64,000 nt of DNA from Eubacteriales bacterium (GTDB lineage: Bacteria > Bacillota > Clostridia > Saccharofermentanales > DTU023), in the NCBI GenBank assembly GCA_030532065.1, contig JAUNLW010000001.1, positions 240,132 through 304,131 of the forward strand. Reading direction: 5' to 3'. Position numbers and translations under genes: made by a program. A model generated the notes under the pieces. The model was not told where the DNA came from, did not search any database, and was given only the letters and a program-made list of their open reading frames with translations. Of the stretch, positions 37,302 to 47,931 are shown in pieces. The stretch's first letter is position 1, and the number at the start of each line of letters is the position of its first letter.

Positions 37302-37838
37302 TTATTCATCTCTGCTCAAGTCAGCCAGCAAAAAGCGGTAAATATCCGCGGCCCGATTCGGCCAGTGATCACAAAACTTCCTGGCCCTCGCTTCTTCAGG
37401 CAAGTCTATGTGGATAGAAAGTAGAGTCTGCCCCTGATCTTTGATTTCCAAATAAGTATCGTAACTGCCATGCCCATTCATTTGGTAAAAAGCGTTTACT
37501 TCGGAAGCGGCTTTGCTCTCTTTGGATAAAGCCTTGATCTGTTTGCGCACAGGCAGGCTGATCTGGCCGGACAGCTGATCCAGAACCGCCTCGCCGGCGG
37601 CGGTTAGATAGCAGCTTTGGCGTACTCTTCCGGAAGCATCTCGCCTCAGCTCGTTTTTCGCTTCTAGAATGCTGACTAATTTTTGCTCAGACAAGGTCGA
37701 CAGGGCTTCGGCGATGGTAAAGTAATCAAAAAATAAGGTATCCTGGGCCAAACTTTGCAGTTCGGCAGGGCTTAGACCTGGCAGTTCCTTCAATATGGCC
37801 AGTAAAATCAATTTTGCTTCATTGGTATTGGCTTCCAT
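37302..37838 (-). CDS. DUF4364-like putative transcriptional regulator (winged-helix N-domain)
   Basis: NEAKLILLAILKELPGLSPAELQSLAQD...FDYFTIAEALSTLSEQKLV resembles the PadR-like DUF4364 proteins of Clostridia. The call is from memory only. Confidence 0.4.
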   Translation of the reverse strand: MEANTNEAKLILLAILKELPGLSPAELQSLAQDTLFFDYFTIAEALSTLSEQKLVSILEAKNELRRDASGRVRQSCYLTAAGEAVLDQLSGQISLPVRKQIKALSKESKAASEVNAFYQMNGHGSYDTYLEIKDQGQTLLSIHIDLPEEARARKFCDHWPNRAADIYRFLLADLSRDE

Positions 37839-37944
37839 TGCCTGATTCCCTTTCTACATTTAGCGGCTGAAACTTAGTATAATTGATTTGTTGGACTTGA
37901 GCGACCGTAACGATTCGGTCCTCCTGCCCCGGAAGGAAACGCTA

Positions 37945-38649
37945 ATGATTATTGATATTATCATCGCGATCGTATTCGTTATCTACCTTATTCGTGGCTG
38001 GCGCAAAGGTGGTCTCTACAGCATCGGCCTGGCCCTGGCTTTAGTATTGGCCTTTGTCTTGGCTTCTAATCTATCCGGTCTGGTAGCGGAAAAGACTTAT
38101 AACTTTGCCAAAGACCAGGGGCTTTTTGCCAACATGGAAAATCAGATCACCACTGACCTCAAAGAAGGTGAGACAGTCAATCAAAGTCTGGATAATCTGG
38201 GCTTGCCCGAAGCCTATCAGAAAATAATTGGTAGTGATGGCGATGGTATTGTGGGCTCCATGTTAGGAGTGGTAGAAGATCTGGGGGCTGAGAGTAAGAG
38301 GCAGGCCGACCTTCTGGCCAGCCAGCTGACCAGTAATCTAATTTTTGTCACAATTAAGATTGTGGCTTTTCTGTTAATTTTTTTCCTGAGTTTTATTCTT
38401 TTAAAGGCCCTGCTGCGTTTACTTTCTAAAGCAGTAAACGCTCTACCACTGATTGGTGTTTTCAACCGCGCGCTAGGCCTGCTCATTGGCTTTGCCCTTG
38501 CTATCTTGATCACGGGCACCTTGCTCTCACTCCTGCCTGGCCTGCAGGCGAACTGGCCTGGCCTGGAACGCGCCCTGGCAGAGTCCAAGCTGGCAACGGT
38601 TATTCGAGATAGCAAACTTTACTATGCCATTTTAGACACAATCTTTTAA
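37945..38649 (+). CDS. CvpA-family membrane protein
   Basis: ATG 37945 is preceded by a GGAAGGA SD. The N-terminus MIIDIIIAIVFVIYLIRGWRKG is typical of CvpA, and there are 4-5 TM helices. Confidence 0.6.
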   Translation: MIIDIIIAIVFVIYLIRGWRKGGLYSIGLALALVLAFVLASNLSGLVAEKTYNFAKDQGLFANMENQITTDLKEGETVNQSLDNLGLPEAYQKIIGSDGDGIVGSMLGVVEDLGAESKRQADLLASQLTSNLIFVTIKIVAFLLIFFLSFILLKALLRLLSKAVNALPLIGVFNRALGLLIGFALAILITGTLLSLLPGLQANWPGLERALAESKLATVIRDSKLYYAILDTIF

Positions 38650-38669
38650 GATTCCTTCATAATCCTTGC

Positions 38670-38698
38670 TTGACAACTAGGACGGCCCGCTCTATATT
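38670..38698 (+). promoter_or_regulatory. groESL promoter
   Basis: TTGACA (38670-75), a 17-nt spacer, then TATATT (38693-98). Confidence 0.65.
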
Positions 38699-38707
38699 GT
38701 CTATTGT

Positions 38708-38734
38708 TTAGCACTCGAAAGCGAAGAATGCTAA
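38708..38734 (+). promoter_or_regulatory. CIRCE operator (HrcA binding site)
   Basis: TTAGCACTC-N9-GAATGCTAA compares with the consensus TTAGCACTC-N9-GAGTGCTAA, with one mismatch. It lies between the promoter and groES. Confidence 0.85.
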
Positions 38735-38813
38735 TGACAGATAAAGATTCATGTCTATGGCCCTCACGAGCTGGAACTCATAGGTGTGAAGCAGATATTT
38801 AGGAGGATTATCT

Positions 38814-39098
38814 ATGAAAATTAAACCTTTAGCTGACCGCGTAGTCATCAAGATGCTCGAAAAAGAAGAAGTGAGCAAGGGTGGCATCGTGCTGCCGGAA
38901 TCTGCCAGAGAAGAACCCCAAGTAGCCGAGATCGTGGCTGTAGGACCCGGTGGCGTAGTTGATGGCAAAGACGTGATCATGGAAGTGGAAATTGGTGATC
39001 GGGTAATCTTTAGCAAATACGCCGGTACGGAAGTAAAGATGGATGGCGAAGAGTACACCATCATTCGTCAGAGCGACATTCTCGCTATCGTAGAGTAA
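38814..39098 (+). CDS. groES: Co-chaperonin GroES
   Basis: It contains MKIKPLADRVVIK...GGIVLPESA. Confidence 0.97.
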   Translation: MKIKPLADRVVIKMLEKEEVSKGGIVLPESAREEPQVAEIVAVGPGGVVDGKDVIMEVEIGDRVIFSKYAGTEVKMDGEEYTIIRQSDILAIVE

Positions 39099-39111
39099 GC
39101 CAGTGATATAA

Positions 39112-40749
<1,638 letters not shown>

Positions 40750-40760
40750 AATAAACCACA

Positions 40761-40790
40761 AAAGCTAGGCAGCTAAACTGCCAGCTTTTT
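40761..40790 (+). terminator. First groEL terminator
   Basis: AAAGCTAGGCAG-CTAAA-CTGCCAGCTTTTT. Confidence 0.7.
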
Positions 40791-40801
40791 AAGCACATAG
40801 T

Positions 40802-40840
40802 AAAACCCCGATCGGCTTTGCCGACTGGGGTTTTTGCTTT
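40802..40840 (+). terminator. Second (tandem) groEL terminator
   Basis: AAAACCCCGATCGG-CTTTG-CCGACTGGGGTTTTTGCTTTT. Confidence 0.75.
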
Positions 40841-40912
40841 TATTGCTTTAGCCAGCCCCCAGGTCTCTTTGTTATAATGGGTTAAAATACGCTTTTTAGA
40901 GGTTTGGGATTC

Positions 40913-41809
40913 ATGGATTTCTCCTTGCAAGAGAAACATAATCGGATAGAAGAAGTATTGCGGGAAGCAAAGTGTGACTATAAGCTTGAGCTCTTTCCTC
41001 ATCAATTATTGGTAGCGGCAAATGAGGTCGCGGCAGTCAATATGGATCGCTCTCCTACGATCTGTAATGCTAATTTACGTGCCGGAGGCTTAGCCTGGAT
41101 GATCTCTGGCTATTCATTTGTTTTCCGTGGCCAAAGAGCACACAAGGGAGAAAAACTGATCAGCGAGACTTGGGCAGACGAGATCAAGGCGGTACGATTC
41201 CGCCGTAAGCATTTGTTTTTCCGCCAGAATACCGACTTAGACCGTGTGTTTGCCTGTGCCGCTTCAGATTGGTTCATCGCGGATCAGGAAAGCCGCCGCC
41301 CCATGCGTCCTTTTGACTTATTGAATCCTGACGAGCCGGAAATATGGCAGGGTTGTTGTCCGGAACTGACTGAATTTAGAGTTAAGCGTTTACCGGCCTG
41401 GCTGGATGAGAACACGGATAACGAGTCAAAATACTTCTTTCGTGACTTTCAGGCCGATTATTCAGATCTTGACTGTAATAACCATTTAAACAATACCCGC
41501 TATCTGGCTTTTAGCCTGGATGCGCTCTTTAGTTTCCTGGCTAAAGAACAAATAGAAATATTACATAAACTTCAGATCAAAGAGATCCATCTCAATTTTG
41601 TGGCTGAGGTCCTGCCGCTGGAGACCGTGAGGATCTTCCTTAGACCACAAACACAAATTGAAGACCAGGAAGTAAGCTTTACTTACCAGGGTGAGAGCGT
41701 GAGCTTTAACGAGAAGAGCACCTTCCTGGCCTATGATCTTGAAGGTTATAATCTCACACGTAATCAAGCGGCCTTCCGTGCCCAGATAATGCTGGCGGAT
41801 GGCGAGTAA
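40913..41809 (+). CDS. Acyl-ACP thioesterase family protein (double hotdog)
   Basis: It has the blocks ISETWADEIKAVRFRRKHLFF, SDWFIADQESRRPMRP and YSDLDCNNHLNNTRYLAF. A TGtTATAAT extended -10 lies at 40870-78. Confidence 0.65.
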   Translation: MDFSLQEKHNRIEEVLREAKCDYKLELFPHQLLVAANEVAAVNMDRSPTICNANLRAGGLAWMISGYSFVFRGQRAHKGEKLISETWADEIKAVRFRRKHLFFRQNTDLDRVFACAASDWFIADQESRRPMRPFDLLNPDEPEIWQGCCPELTEFRVKRLPAWLDENTDNESKYFFRDFQADYSDLDCNNHLNNTRYLAFSLDALFSFLAKEQIEILHKLQIKEIHLNFVAEVLPLETVRIFLRPQTQIEDQEVSFTYQGESVSFNEKSTFLAYDLEGYNLTRNQAAFRAQIMLADGE

Positions 41810-41823
41810 GAAAGAGGCAGGCG

Positions 41824-43011
41824 TTGAACCAAAGCAGGAATAAACGACCGGCTAAGCCCGTTGATAACCGTCCTGAAAGTTGGCGAGAGGCCATTTTAGA
41901 CAGGCGGCATCTGGCCTTTTTAGGCATACTTATTTTACTGGTTTTAGCCTTGTTTGTGACTTTTATTCTCCTACTGCCTCGCAACCAGGCTAAGCAGGCT
42001 CTACGCGCCAGTACGGAATTAGTCACCAAAGAAAAAAGAGATCTTGATGCCCATATTCTGGCCCATGCTCAGCCTTTGAGCGATAATATACTGACTTACC
42101 TGGGTGGCGAACTGCGGCTGGAAAGCTACACCGGTCAACAGATCTTCGTCCATCAACTAGCAGCCCAAAGCCCAGTTAGCTGGATAGAACAAGGGCAAGC
42201 GATTGTAGCGGACCGTAACGGTCATAACCTGGTTTTGATTCAGGACCAGGCTGTAGCCTATGAGCACCAACTGGATGGTAGCTTTGCCGGTGCCAGTCTG
42301 TCCGCTTCCGGTCAGGCGCTGATTATTGATGAGTTGCCTAATGACAAGGCTAAAGTCCATCTCATCGCGAGCGACGGTCAAAGAATATTGAGTCTGGGCT
42401 TTGATAAGACCGGTTATCCTATTACGGTTTCCTTTACGCGTGATGGCAAAGCTTTTGACGTGCTGATCTTAAACAGCTCCGGCTCAACACTTAAGACGGT
42501 AGTGCGTCGTTATGATCTAAGTGGTTCCTTGCTAGGCCAAAGGACCTTAGAAGCAGAGAATGGACTATTCTTTGGCTTGTTACACGATAACCGTGATCTA
42601 CCGATCATTTACTCTCCGTCCCAACTGGTCAAGCTTAACTTTGATGAAGAAAGCCCCATTTACAGTTTGGACTTCGCGTCTATCCTGGGAGCGGAATGCG
42701 TTGGCAGCAACCTCTACTTGATAGCCAATACGCAAAATGACGCCTATTACTCACTTTATCAGGTGGATGGAGAAGGACAGGTCAGTGAGTTAAGTAACAA
42801 CGTGGGCCGCGCGAAGCTGGTTAATTATTCAACAAATACCAACAAGCTATATTTTGTGGTCAATAATGTGCTTTTCTCGCAAAAAGTAGATGATCAGACA
42901 AGCCTGCGCAGCGCGTCTTTAGACGCGGAGATTTTAAGTTACCAGGTACTGCCTAACGGACATATAAATGTCCTAACCGGCGCGGGAGCCCGCATGATCA
43001 GGACACCTTAA
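41824..43011 (+). CDS. Hypothetical single-pass membrane protein with a ~330-aa extracytoplasmic domain
   Basis: It starts with TTG. It has a basic N-tail, one TM helix (LAFLGILILLVLALFVTFILLL) and a beta-rich remainder. No recognisable motif was seen. Confidence 0.4.
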   Translation: MNQSRNKRPAKPVDNRPESWREAILDRRHLAFLGILILLVLALFVTFILLLPRNQAKQALRASTELVTKEKRDLDAHILAHAQPLSDNILTYLGGELRLESYTGQQIFVHQLAAQSPVSWIEQGQAIVADRNGHNLVLIQDQAVAYEHQLDGSFAGASLSASGQALIIDELPNDKAKVHLIASDGQRILSLGFDKTGYPITVSFTRDGKAFDVLILNSSGSTLKTVVRRYDLSGSLLGQRTLEAENGLFFGLLHDNRDLPIIYSPSQLVKLNFDEESPIYSLDFASILGAECVGSNLYLIANTQNDAYYSLYQVDGEGQVSELSNNVGRAKLVNYSTNTNKLYFVVNNVLFSQKVDDQTSLRSASLDAEILSYQVLPNGHINVLTGAGARMIRTP

Positions 43012-43012
43012 G

Positions 43013-44332
43013 ATGGCTGTGGCTACCCAAAAAGTAAAAGTGCTCATAATAGGAGCTGGACCCAGTGGCTTGGCCGCTGCTATCGCGGCAGGTGAAGCCG
43101 GCCTCGCTCCGCAGGATTTGGTCGTGCTTGAAGCCCAGAATATTCCTGGCCGCAAGATCCTGGCTAGCGGCAATGGTCGTTGTAATTTAGGCAATTTAAG
43201 CCCACTTCCGGAAAACTATCACAGTAGCCGGCCGGAGCTTGCCGAACGTTTGCTTGAGAAACTAGCCAGCGCTTATTCGTTAGATTTTTGGCGCCGCGCC
43301 GGTATAGCAATCAAGGCAGATGAAGCCGGCCGACTCTATCCTCAATCCGAAGAGGCGGCTGCCGTGCAACGTATGCTACTTAGGCGTGTAAGTCATTTTG
43401 GCTTTACAGTCGAAATGGCCAAAGCCCTAAAGGCTATCGCGAGATCAGGCAAAGGCTATCTCGTAACCTGTAAAGATGACAGCAAGTGGGAAGCCGAGGC
43501 TGTAATACTGGCTCTCGGTGGACCAGGAGGTGCTGACTTGGGCGCAAACGCTAAGGCACAGGCTCTTTTTGATGGGCTTGGCCTGGACACAGTAGACCAG
43601 CGTCCGGCACTGACGCAGATATTACTGAAAGAAAATGCTTTTCTAAAGAGAGCACAAGGTAGTCGCTTCAAGGGCTCCGCGCAAATTGCTAGCAGCCGGA
43701 GCAAGGTTAGAGGCGAGTTCCTCTTTAGCCAACGTGCGCTGTCGGGTATTGCTGCGCTTGACTTGTCCAATCTCTTAGCAAATACGCAAGGCAGCTTTAA
43801 GGATAAAGCTGAAAACAGTGATTTTATCTTTTCTAAACCCCTTAGGCTGGAATTGGATTTTTTGACAGAATATACAGAGGCAGACTTACGCAAGTTCCTT
43901 GAGGCGAAGCAAGACAGCTTTCGCCAAGAGATAACTAAGAACTGGATCGAAGAGCAAAGCTGCCTATCGTATCTGCTTGACTCTCTGATCAACGCTAAAC
44001 AGGTTAAAGCCTATTTGCTGGCTGAGGGTAAAGGCAGGCTGTTAGATACTAAAGAAGTTTTTTCTAAAGCTCAATTGGCTAAGCTAGCCCATGCGCTTAA
44101 ACATTTTCCACTCACTGCCATCGGCCTTCGGTCCTATAAGTTCGCGCAGACAGCCAATGGTGGACTCAGTCTGTCAGAGCTTGACGAAAACCTACAAATA
44201 AAAAAATACCCCGGCCTCTTCGCAGTCGGGGAATGCCTGGATCTAACGGGAAACTGTGGTGGCTACAATCTTTACTTTGCCTTTGCGTCCGGTTATCTGG
44301 CCGGACAGACTGCTAAAGCTTATTTGAGTTGA
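43013..44332 (+). CDS. HI0933/BaiN-like FAD-dependent oxidoreductase
   Basis: It has the dinucleotide fold VLIIGAGPSGLAAA and the C-terminal block GECLDLTGNCGGYNLYFAFASGYLAG. Confidence 0.8.
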   Translation: MAVATQKVKVLIIGAGPSGLAAAIAAGEAGLAPQDLVVLEAQNIPGRKILASGNGRCNLGNLSPLPENYHSSRPELAERLLEKLASAYSLDFWRRAGIAIKADEAGRLYPQSEEAAAVQRMLLRRVSHFGFTVEMAKALKAIARSGKGYLVTCKDDSKWEAEAVILALGGPGGADLGANAKAQALFDGLGLDTVDQRPALTQILLKENAFLKRAQGSRFKGSAQIASSRSKVRGEFLFSQRALSGIAALDLSNLLANTQGSFKDKAENSDFIFSKPLRLELDFLTEYTEADLRKFLEAKQDSFRQEITKNWIEEQSCLSYLLDSLINAKQVKAYLLAEGKGRLLDTKEVFSKAQLAKLAHALKHFPLTAIGLRSYKFAQTANGGLSLSELDENLQIKKYPGLFAVGECLDLTGNCGGYNLYFAFASGYLAGQTAKAYLS

Positions 44333-46299
44333 CCTAACAGATCTCCGCATTTGACATAGAGCTCATAGAGATTCTCCAGACGCTGATGCTGGCGGGCAAA
44401 TTCCTCATAAATTTCGCTACCTTCTACCTGACCGAATTGGGTGCTCAGGTCAGAGGTGGAGTCTTCCAGAGCAGCAATCTCAACTTCTATATCTCTCACC
44501 GCTTCCGCCAGCTGGGCGCGCAATTGGCGCTCAGTACGGCGTTGATTAGAGCGAGGTGGAAGTTTAGCCAGTTGTGGTAAAAGAGCCAGTTCTTCTTTAG
44601 TAAAAAGACTTGCCCCTGACTCTTCTTGCTTAATGTTTTGCTTGCTACTTGTTTCTTTATCAACTTCTGACGTACCCGAGAGAGCTTGTTTAACTGCTCT
44701 ACGATAGGAATTATAACGTGGAAAAGGCCTAACTTCACGACCAACAAAACCATAGATCTGCTCGCCTATACGCTCGATAAAATAACGATCGTGGCTGACA
44801 GCTACGATTGTCCCCTGATAGCGTTCCAGGGCACTTTCCAGGATTTCAGAAGAAGAGATGTCCAAGTGGTTGGTAGGCTCATCCAGGAAAATCAAGTCCG
44901 GTTTCTGCAGCAGGATCTGGGCTAAAGCCAGACGGGATTTTTCACCACCAGACAGGCTGGCTACCGGCTTTTCCAGGTCTAATCCATAGAAGGAATAACC
45001 GGCCAGGTATTCGCGACCCTGGTTAGAGGTAAGTGTTTCCTCATAGGAGAGCAGACTCTCGATAACCGTAAGGGTCGGGTCTGGGAAACGCTGAGTCTGG
45101 TCCAGACTAGCATAGCGCAGGTTAGGAGAGAGGCTGATCTCTCCTTGTAAATAAGGGTTGCGCGCGGAGAGGGCCTTGAGCAAATTAGTCTTTCCACATC
45201 CGTTCGGCCCACAAAAAAGGATTTTATCGCCAGAATATATATCCAGATCTAATGGGTGAAAGAGTTCGTCTTCCGCGTCAGGAAATTGGATTGTCAGAGC
45301 GCGCGCTGAGATGAGCAATTTTTTGCTTTCCATACCGGCGGCTTCTTCCAGATAACGCAACTTAAATTTGGGGGAGACGCGAACGTTCTGTTCTTTAAGT
45401 TCCCGCAGACTATCGTTGAGCTTGGCTAACTTTTTTTGTCTACTGTGATAAGAAGCGATCTTGCGGTGAGAATATAAAGTTTGCACAACTTCTTCTTCGT
45501 GTTCGATTGCTTTCTCCAGTTTGCTTTGCTCGCGCTCGCGGCGCAGCTGTTCCTTAGCCTGTAATTCCTTGAAGGTAGAATAATTACCGCGGTAAAGCGT
45601 TAATTTACCGGTGTTCAACTCGCCGGTAAGATTACAAACCTGATCGAGAAAATGCCGGTCATGAGAGACCACAATCAAGGTGGATTTTAAAGAGGCCAGC
45701 TTTTCTTCCAGCCATTCAGAAGCTTCCAGATCCAGATGGTTGGTGGGCTCGTCCAGTAAGATCAAATCCGGTTCTTGTATCAATATAGTGGCTAAGGCCA
45801 ATCTCATACGTTCACCGCCGGATAAACTGGCTTTCTTCTGACCAATCTTAGCCGGATCCAGCCCCAGGCTGGCCGCGGCTTGCGCTAGACGATATGGATA
45901 GTCCCAGGCTCCTTTAGCTTCATATTTAGCCTGTAAATGAGCGTATTCATTTAATAACCGCTCGTCATTCGGATGCTCAGCCATGGCACGTTCCAGGGCC
46001 TGGCGCTTTTCATTTAAACGCTGGAATTCAGGATGATCCAGTGCGGTAAGTTGACCTTCATCAGCACGAAATTCCTGCTCCAGATAGGCAGGGATAACAC
46101 CGGCAGCCAAATGTATACGCGCTTCTTCGTTGTCTGCCTCTTCTTTTCCGCTGATCAGGCGCAGTAAAGTAGTCTTGCCTGAACCATTATGTCCGATCAG
46201 GCCAAGTTTGTCCCCGCGGTCCAAAGTAAAGCTCACATCTTTGAGCACGTTTTTGGAAAAATAGGATTTATTTAAATTTTCGACTGAGAGAATACTCAT
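44320..46299 (-). CDS. ABC-F family ATPase (tandem ABC domains, no TMD) with a C-terminal coiled coil
   Basis: Walker A motifs are GHNGSGKTT and GPNGCGKTN. Signature motifs are LSGGERMR and LSGGEKSR. It has a charged inter-domain linker, and its 3' end overlaps the convergent gene by 13 nt. Confidence 0.9.
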   Translation of the reverse strand: MSILSVENLNKSYFSKNVLKDVSFTLDRGDKLGLIGHNGSGKTTLLRLISGKEEADNEEARIHLAAGVIPAYLEQEFRADEGQLTALDHPEFQRLNEKRQALERAMAEHPNDERLLNEYAHLQAKYEAKGAWDYPYRLAQAAASLGLDPAKIGQKKASLSGGERMRLALATILIQEPDLILLDEPTNHLDLEASEWLEEKLASLKSTLIVVSHDRHFLDQVCNLTGELNTGKLTLYRGNYSTFKELQAKEQLRREREQSKLEKAIEHEEEVVQTLYSHRKIASYHSRQKKLAKLNDSLRELKEQNVRVSPKFKLRYLEEAAGMESKKLLISARALTIQFPDAEDELFHPLDLDIYSGDKILFCGPNGCGKTNLLKALSARNPYLQGEISLSPNLRYASLDQTQRFPDPTLTVIESLLSYEETLTSNQGREYLAGYSFYGLDLEKPVASLSGGEKSRLALAQILLQKPDLIFLDEPTNHLDISSSEILESALERYQGTIVAVSHDRYFIERIGEQIYGFVGREVRPFPRYNSYRRAVKQALSGTSEVDKETSSKQNIKQEESGASLFTKEELALLPQLAKLPPRSNQRRTERQLRAQLAEAVRDIEVEIAALEDSTSDLSTQFGQVEGSEIYEEFARQHQRLENLYELYVKCGDLLGQLK

Positions 46300-46410
46300 A
46301 GACTAATCATAGGGGATAAGAGACAGCTTGCAAAGGACTTTTTGTTTGCTATAAACTGGAATGAAATAAGCAGAAAGGATCTAATTCTCTTCGAGAATTG
46401 TCAGATAATT

Positions 46411-47043
46411 ATGATTAATGTTTTCCGAGGCCATAGGTATCCTAAAATTATTGTAGCTTTCTTATGCCTGGCTTTTTGCCTAACTACCGTAGCTTGCCAA
46501 GGCCTTTCTGAATTTGGCCTGTCAACCGATAAAACCGCGTCTGATGCAGACTCTACGGTCGAGAGTAAAGTCGCCTCATACACCGGCCCCACTGGAGCTG
46601 AACCCAGAAAAGATTCTGACTTTGGCCAACTAAGCCTGGAAGACCAGGACTTACTCTTAACTTGGATGGACAGCGTTAAGACTAGCTACCAGGCCTTAGC
46701 GTCAGAGTTGTCTGATTTTTCAGGTCAACTGCCTGAGCTAAAGGCGGAAATGCAGGAAAAAGCCAAGCTGGCAGAGTCGGAGATTTTCCAAAATTTCAAG
46801 AATAAGTGCCAGGAAGAGCTTGACAAATTAAAAGCTTATGCCGAGGAGAAACTTCCCGAGGGAGCAGATAAGATCAAGGAGCAGGTCAATAAGCTCAACG
46901 GTCTTTACCAGGACTTTTTAGACAGACTGAGCCAGGCTGACAGCAAGGCAGATGATTTCTCCGATCAGCTGCAGGAAGATGTAAACAAGCTGATTAGCGG
47001 CTTACAGGATGTTCTGGATGCTTTCTTTGATTTCAAGTCCTAG
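46411..47043 (+). CDS. Putative lipoprotein with a helical, coiled-coil-like ectodomain
   Basis: The signal peptide KIIVAFLCLAFCLTTVAC has an imperfect lipobox. The remainder is E/K/D/L/Q-rich helical repeats. Confidence 0.45.
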   Translation: MINVFRGHRYPKIIVAFLCLAFCLTTVACQGLSEFGLSTDKTASDADSTVESKVASYTGPTGAEPRKDSDFGQLSLEDQDLLLTWMDSVKTSYQALASELSDFSGQLPELKAEMQEKAKLAESEIFQNFKNKCQEELDKLKAYAEEKLPEGADKIKEQVNKLNGLYQDFLDRLSQADSKADDFSDQLQEDVNKLISGLQDVLDAFFDFKS

Positions 47044-47071
47044 TACTTCAAGTGAAACAGCGCACATTTTT

Positions 47072-47103
47072 AAAAGGCGGGTCTTTGGAGGATCCGCCTT
47101 TTT
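47072..47103. terminator. Bidirectional terminator between the lipoprotein gene and the response regulator gene
   Basis: AAAAGGCGGGTC-TTTGGAG-GATCCGCCTTTT. Confidence 0.75.
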
Positions 47104-47141
47104 GCATACAAGCAAAGATAATTTATGGAAAAACTCGTTCT

Positions 47142-47756
47142 CTATATTTGTTCTGGTACGATATAGCCCTTGGAAACCGCGAAGATCGCCAGTTGGGCAA
47201 TACTGGAATAGCCGGTCTTGGCCAGGATACGGTTGATATTATTGCGCACGGTATTTTCAGAGAGAAAGAGTGCTTCGGAAATCTCCTTACGGCTTAAGCC
47301 TTTGCAGACCAGGCGGAGAATATCCATCTCGCGCTCAGTCAGGTCCAGTTCGACCGCGCTGCTGCTCTCTTCTTCAGGAAAGGTATGGTAGTCATGCATT
47401 GTGCTCTGGATGCTTTTCAGCAACTGCTCTCTACCTACATTTTTGTAAACGAAGCTATCAGCCCCAGCTTCTTTGGCAGCGGTGACAAAAGACATATCAG
47501 GCATACCGGTCATAAGAATAACTTTGATTTGCGGGAAGCGTTCTTTGATCCGCTTAGCTTCCACGATGCCGGATTGACCCTCATCGTTGCAGATATCCAT
47601 GAGTACCAGATCGGGTTTATAGAATTCACAAAGGTCCACTACCTCGCCTGCGTAGGTAGATTTAGCCACGATCTCAATCTCATCGGACAAACTAAGTGAG
47701 TCTGCCAGTGAGTCTAGAAGGATCTGCTGGTCTTCTATCAGAATTAATCGTATCAT
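47142..47756 (-). CDS. NarL/LuxR-family response regulator (REC + HTH_LuxR)
   Basis: The REC domain has DLVLMDI and KVILMTG. The HTH is LSRKEISEALFLSENTVRNNINRILAK. Confidence 0.92.
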   Translation of the reverse strand: MIRLILIEDQQILLDSLADSLSLSDEIEIVAKSTYAGEVVDLCEFYKPDLVLMDICNDEGQSGIVEAKRIKERFPQIKVILMTGMPDMSFVTAAKEAGADSFVYKNVGREQLLKSIQSTMHDYHTFPEEESSSAVELDLTEREMDILRLVCKGLSRKEISEALFLSENTVRNNINRILAKTGYSSIAQLAIFAVSKGYIVPEQI

Positions 47757-47931
47757 TTATTACTCGTCCTTCCTCTTGCTGTCACTTACAGCTTAGTAGA
47801 CACTGATTTAATCCTTAATGAATCTATATTATAACACAGGCCATTTAGGTATCCGAAAAACAGGAATGTGAGCCTTCTGTAACTTCCTCAAGAGGAGATA
47901 GCTTATAATAAGAAAAATCGGAGGAAGCAAT

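Noticed and set aside
44320-46299. Whether the ABC-F protein is an antibiotic-resistance (ARE) type ribosomal protection factor.
   Set aside because: The inter-domain linker length and sequence do not look clearly longer than in housekeeping ABC-F proteins, and there is no resistance-gene context. The question cannot be decided without phylogenetic placement.
47757-47931. Possible response-regulator binding sites in the divergent promoter region (TCCTC-AA-GAGGA at ~47886-47897; CCTCTTG / CAAGAGG distant pair).
   Set aside because: The arms are only 5 bp, overlap purine-rich SD-like sequence, and have no second copy. They are not distinguishable from chance.
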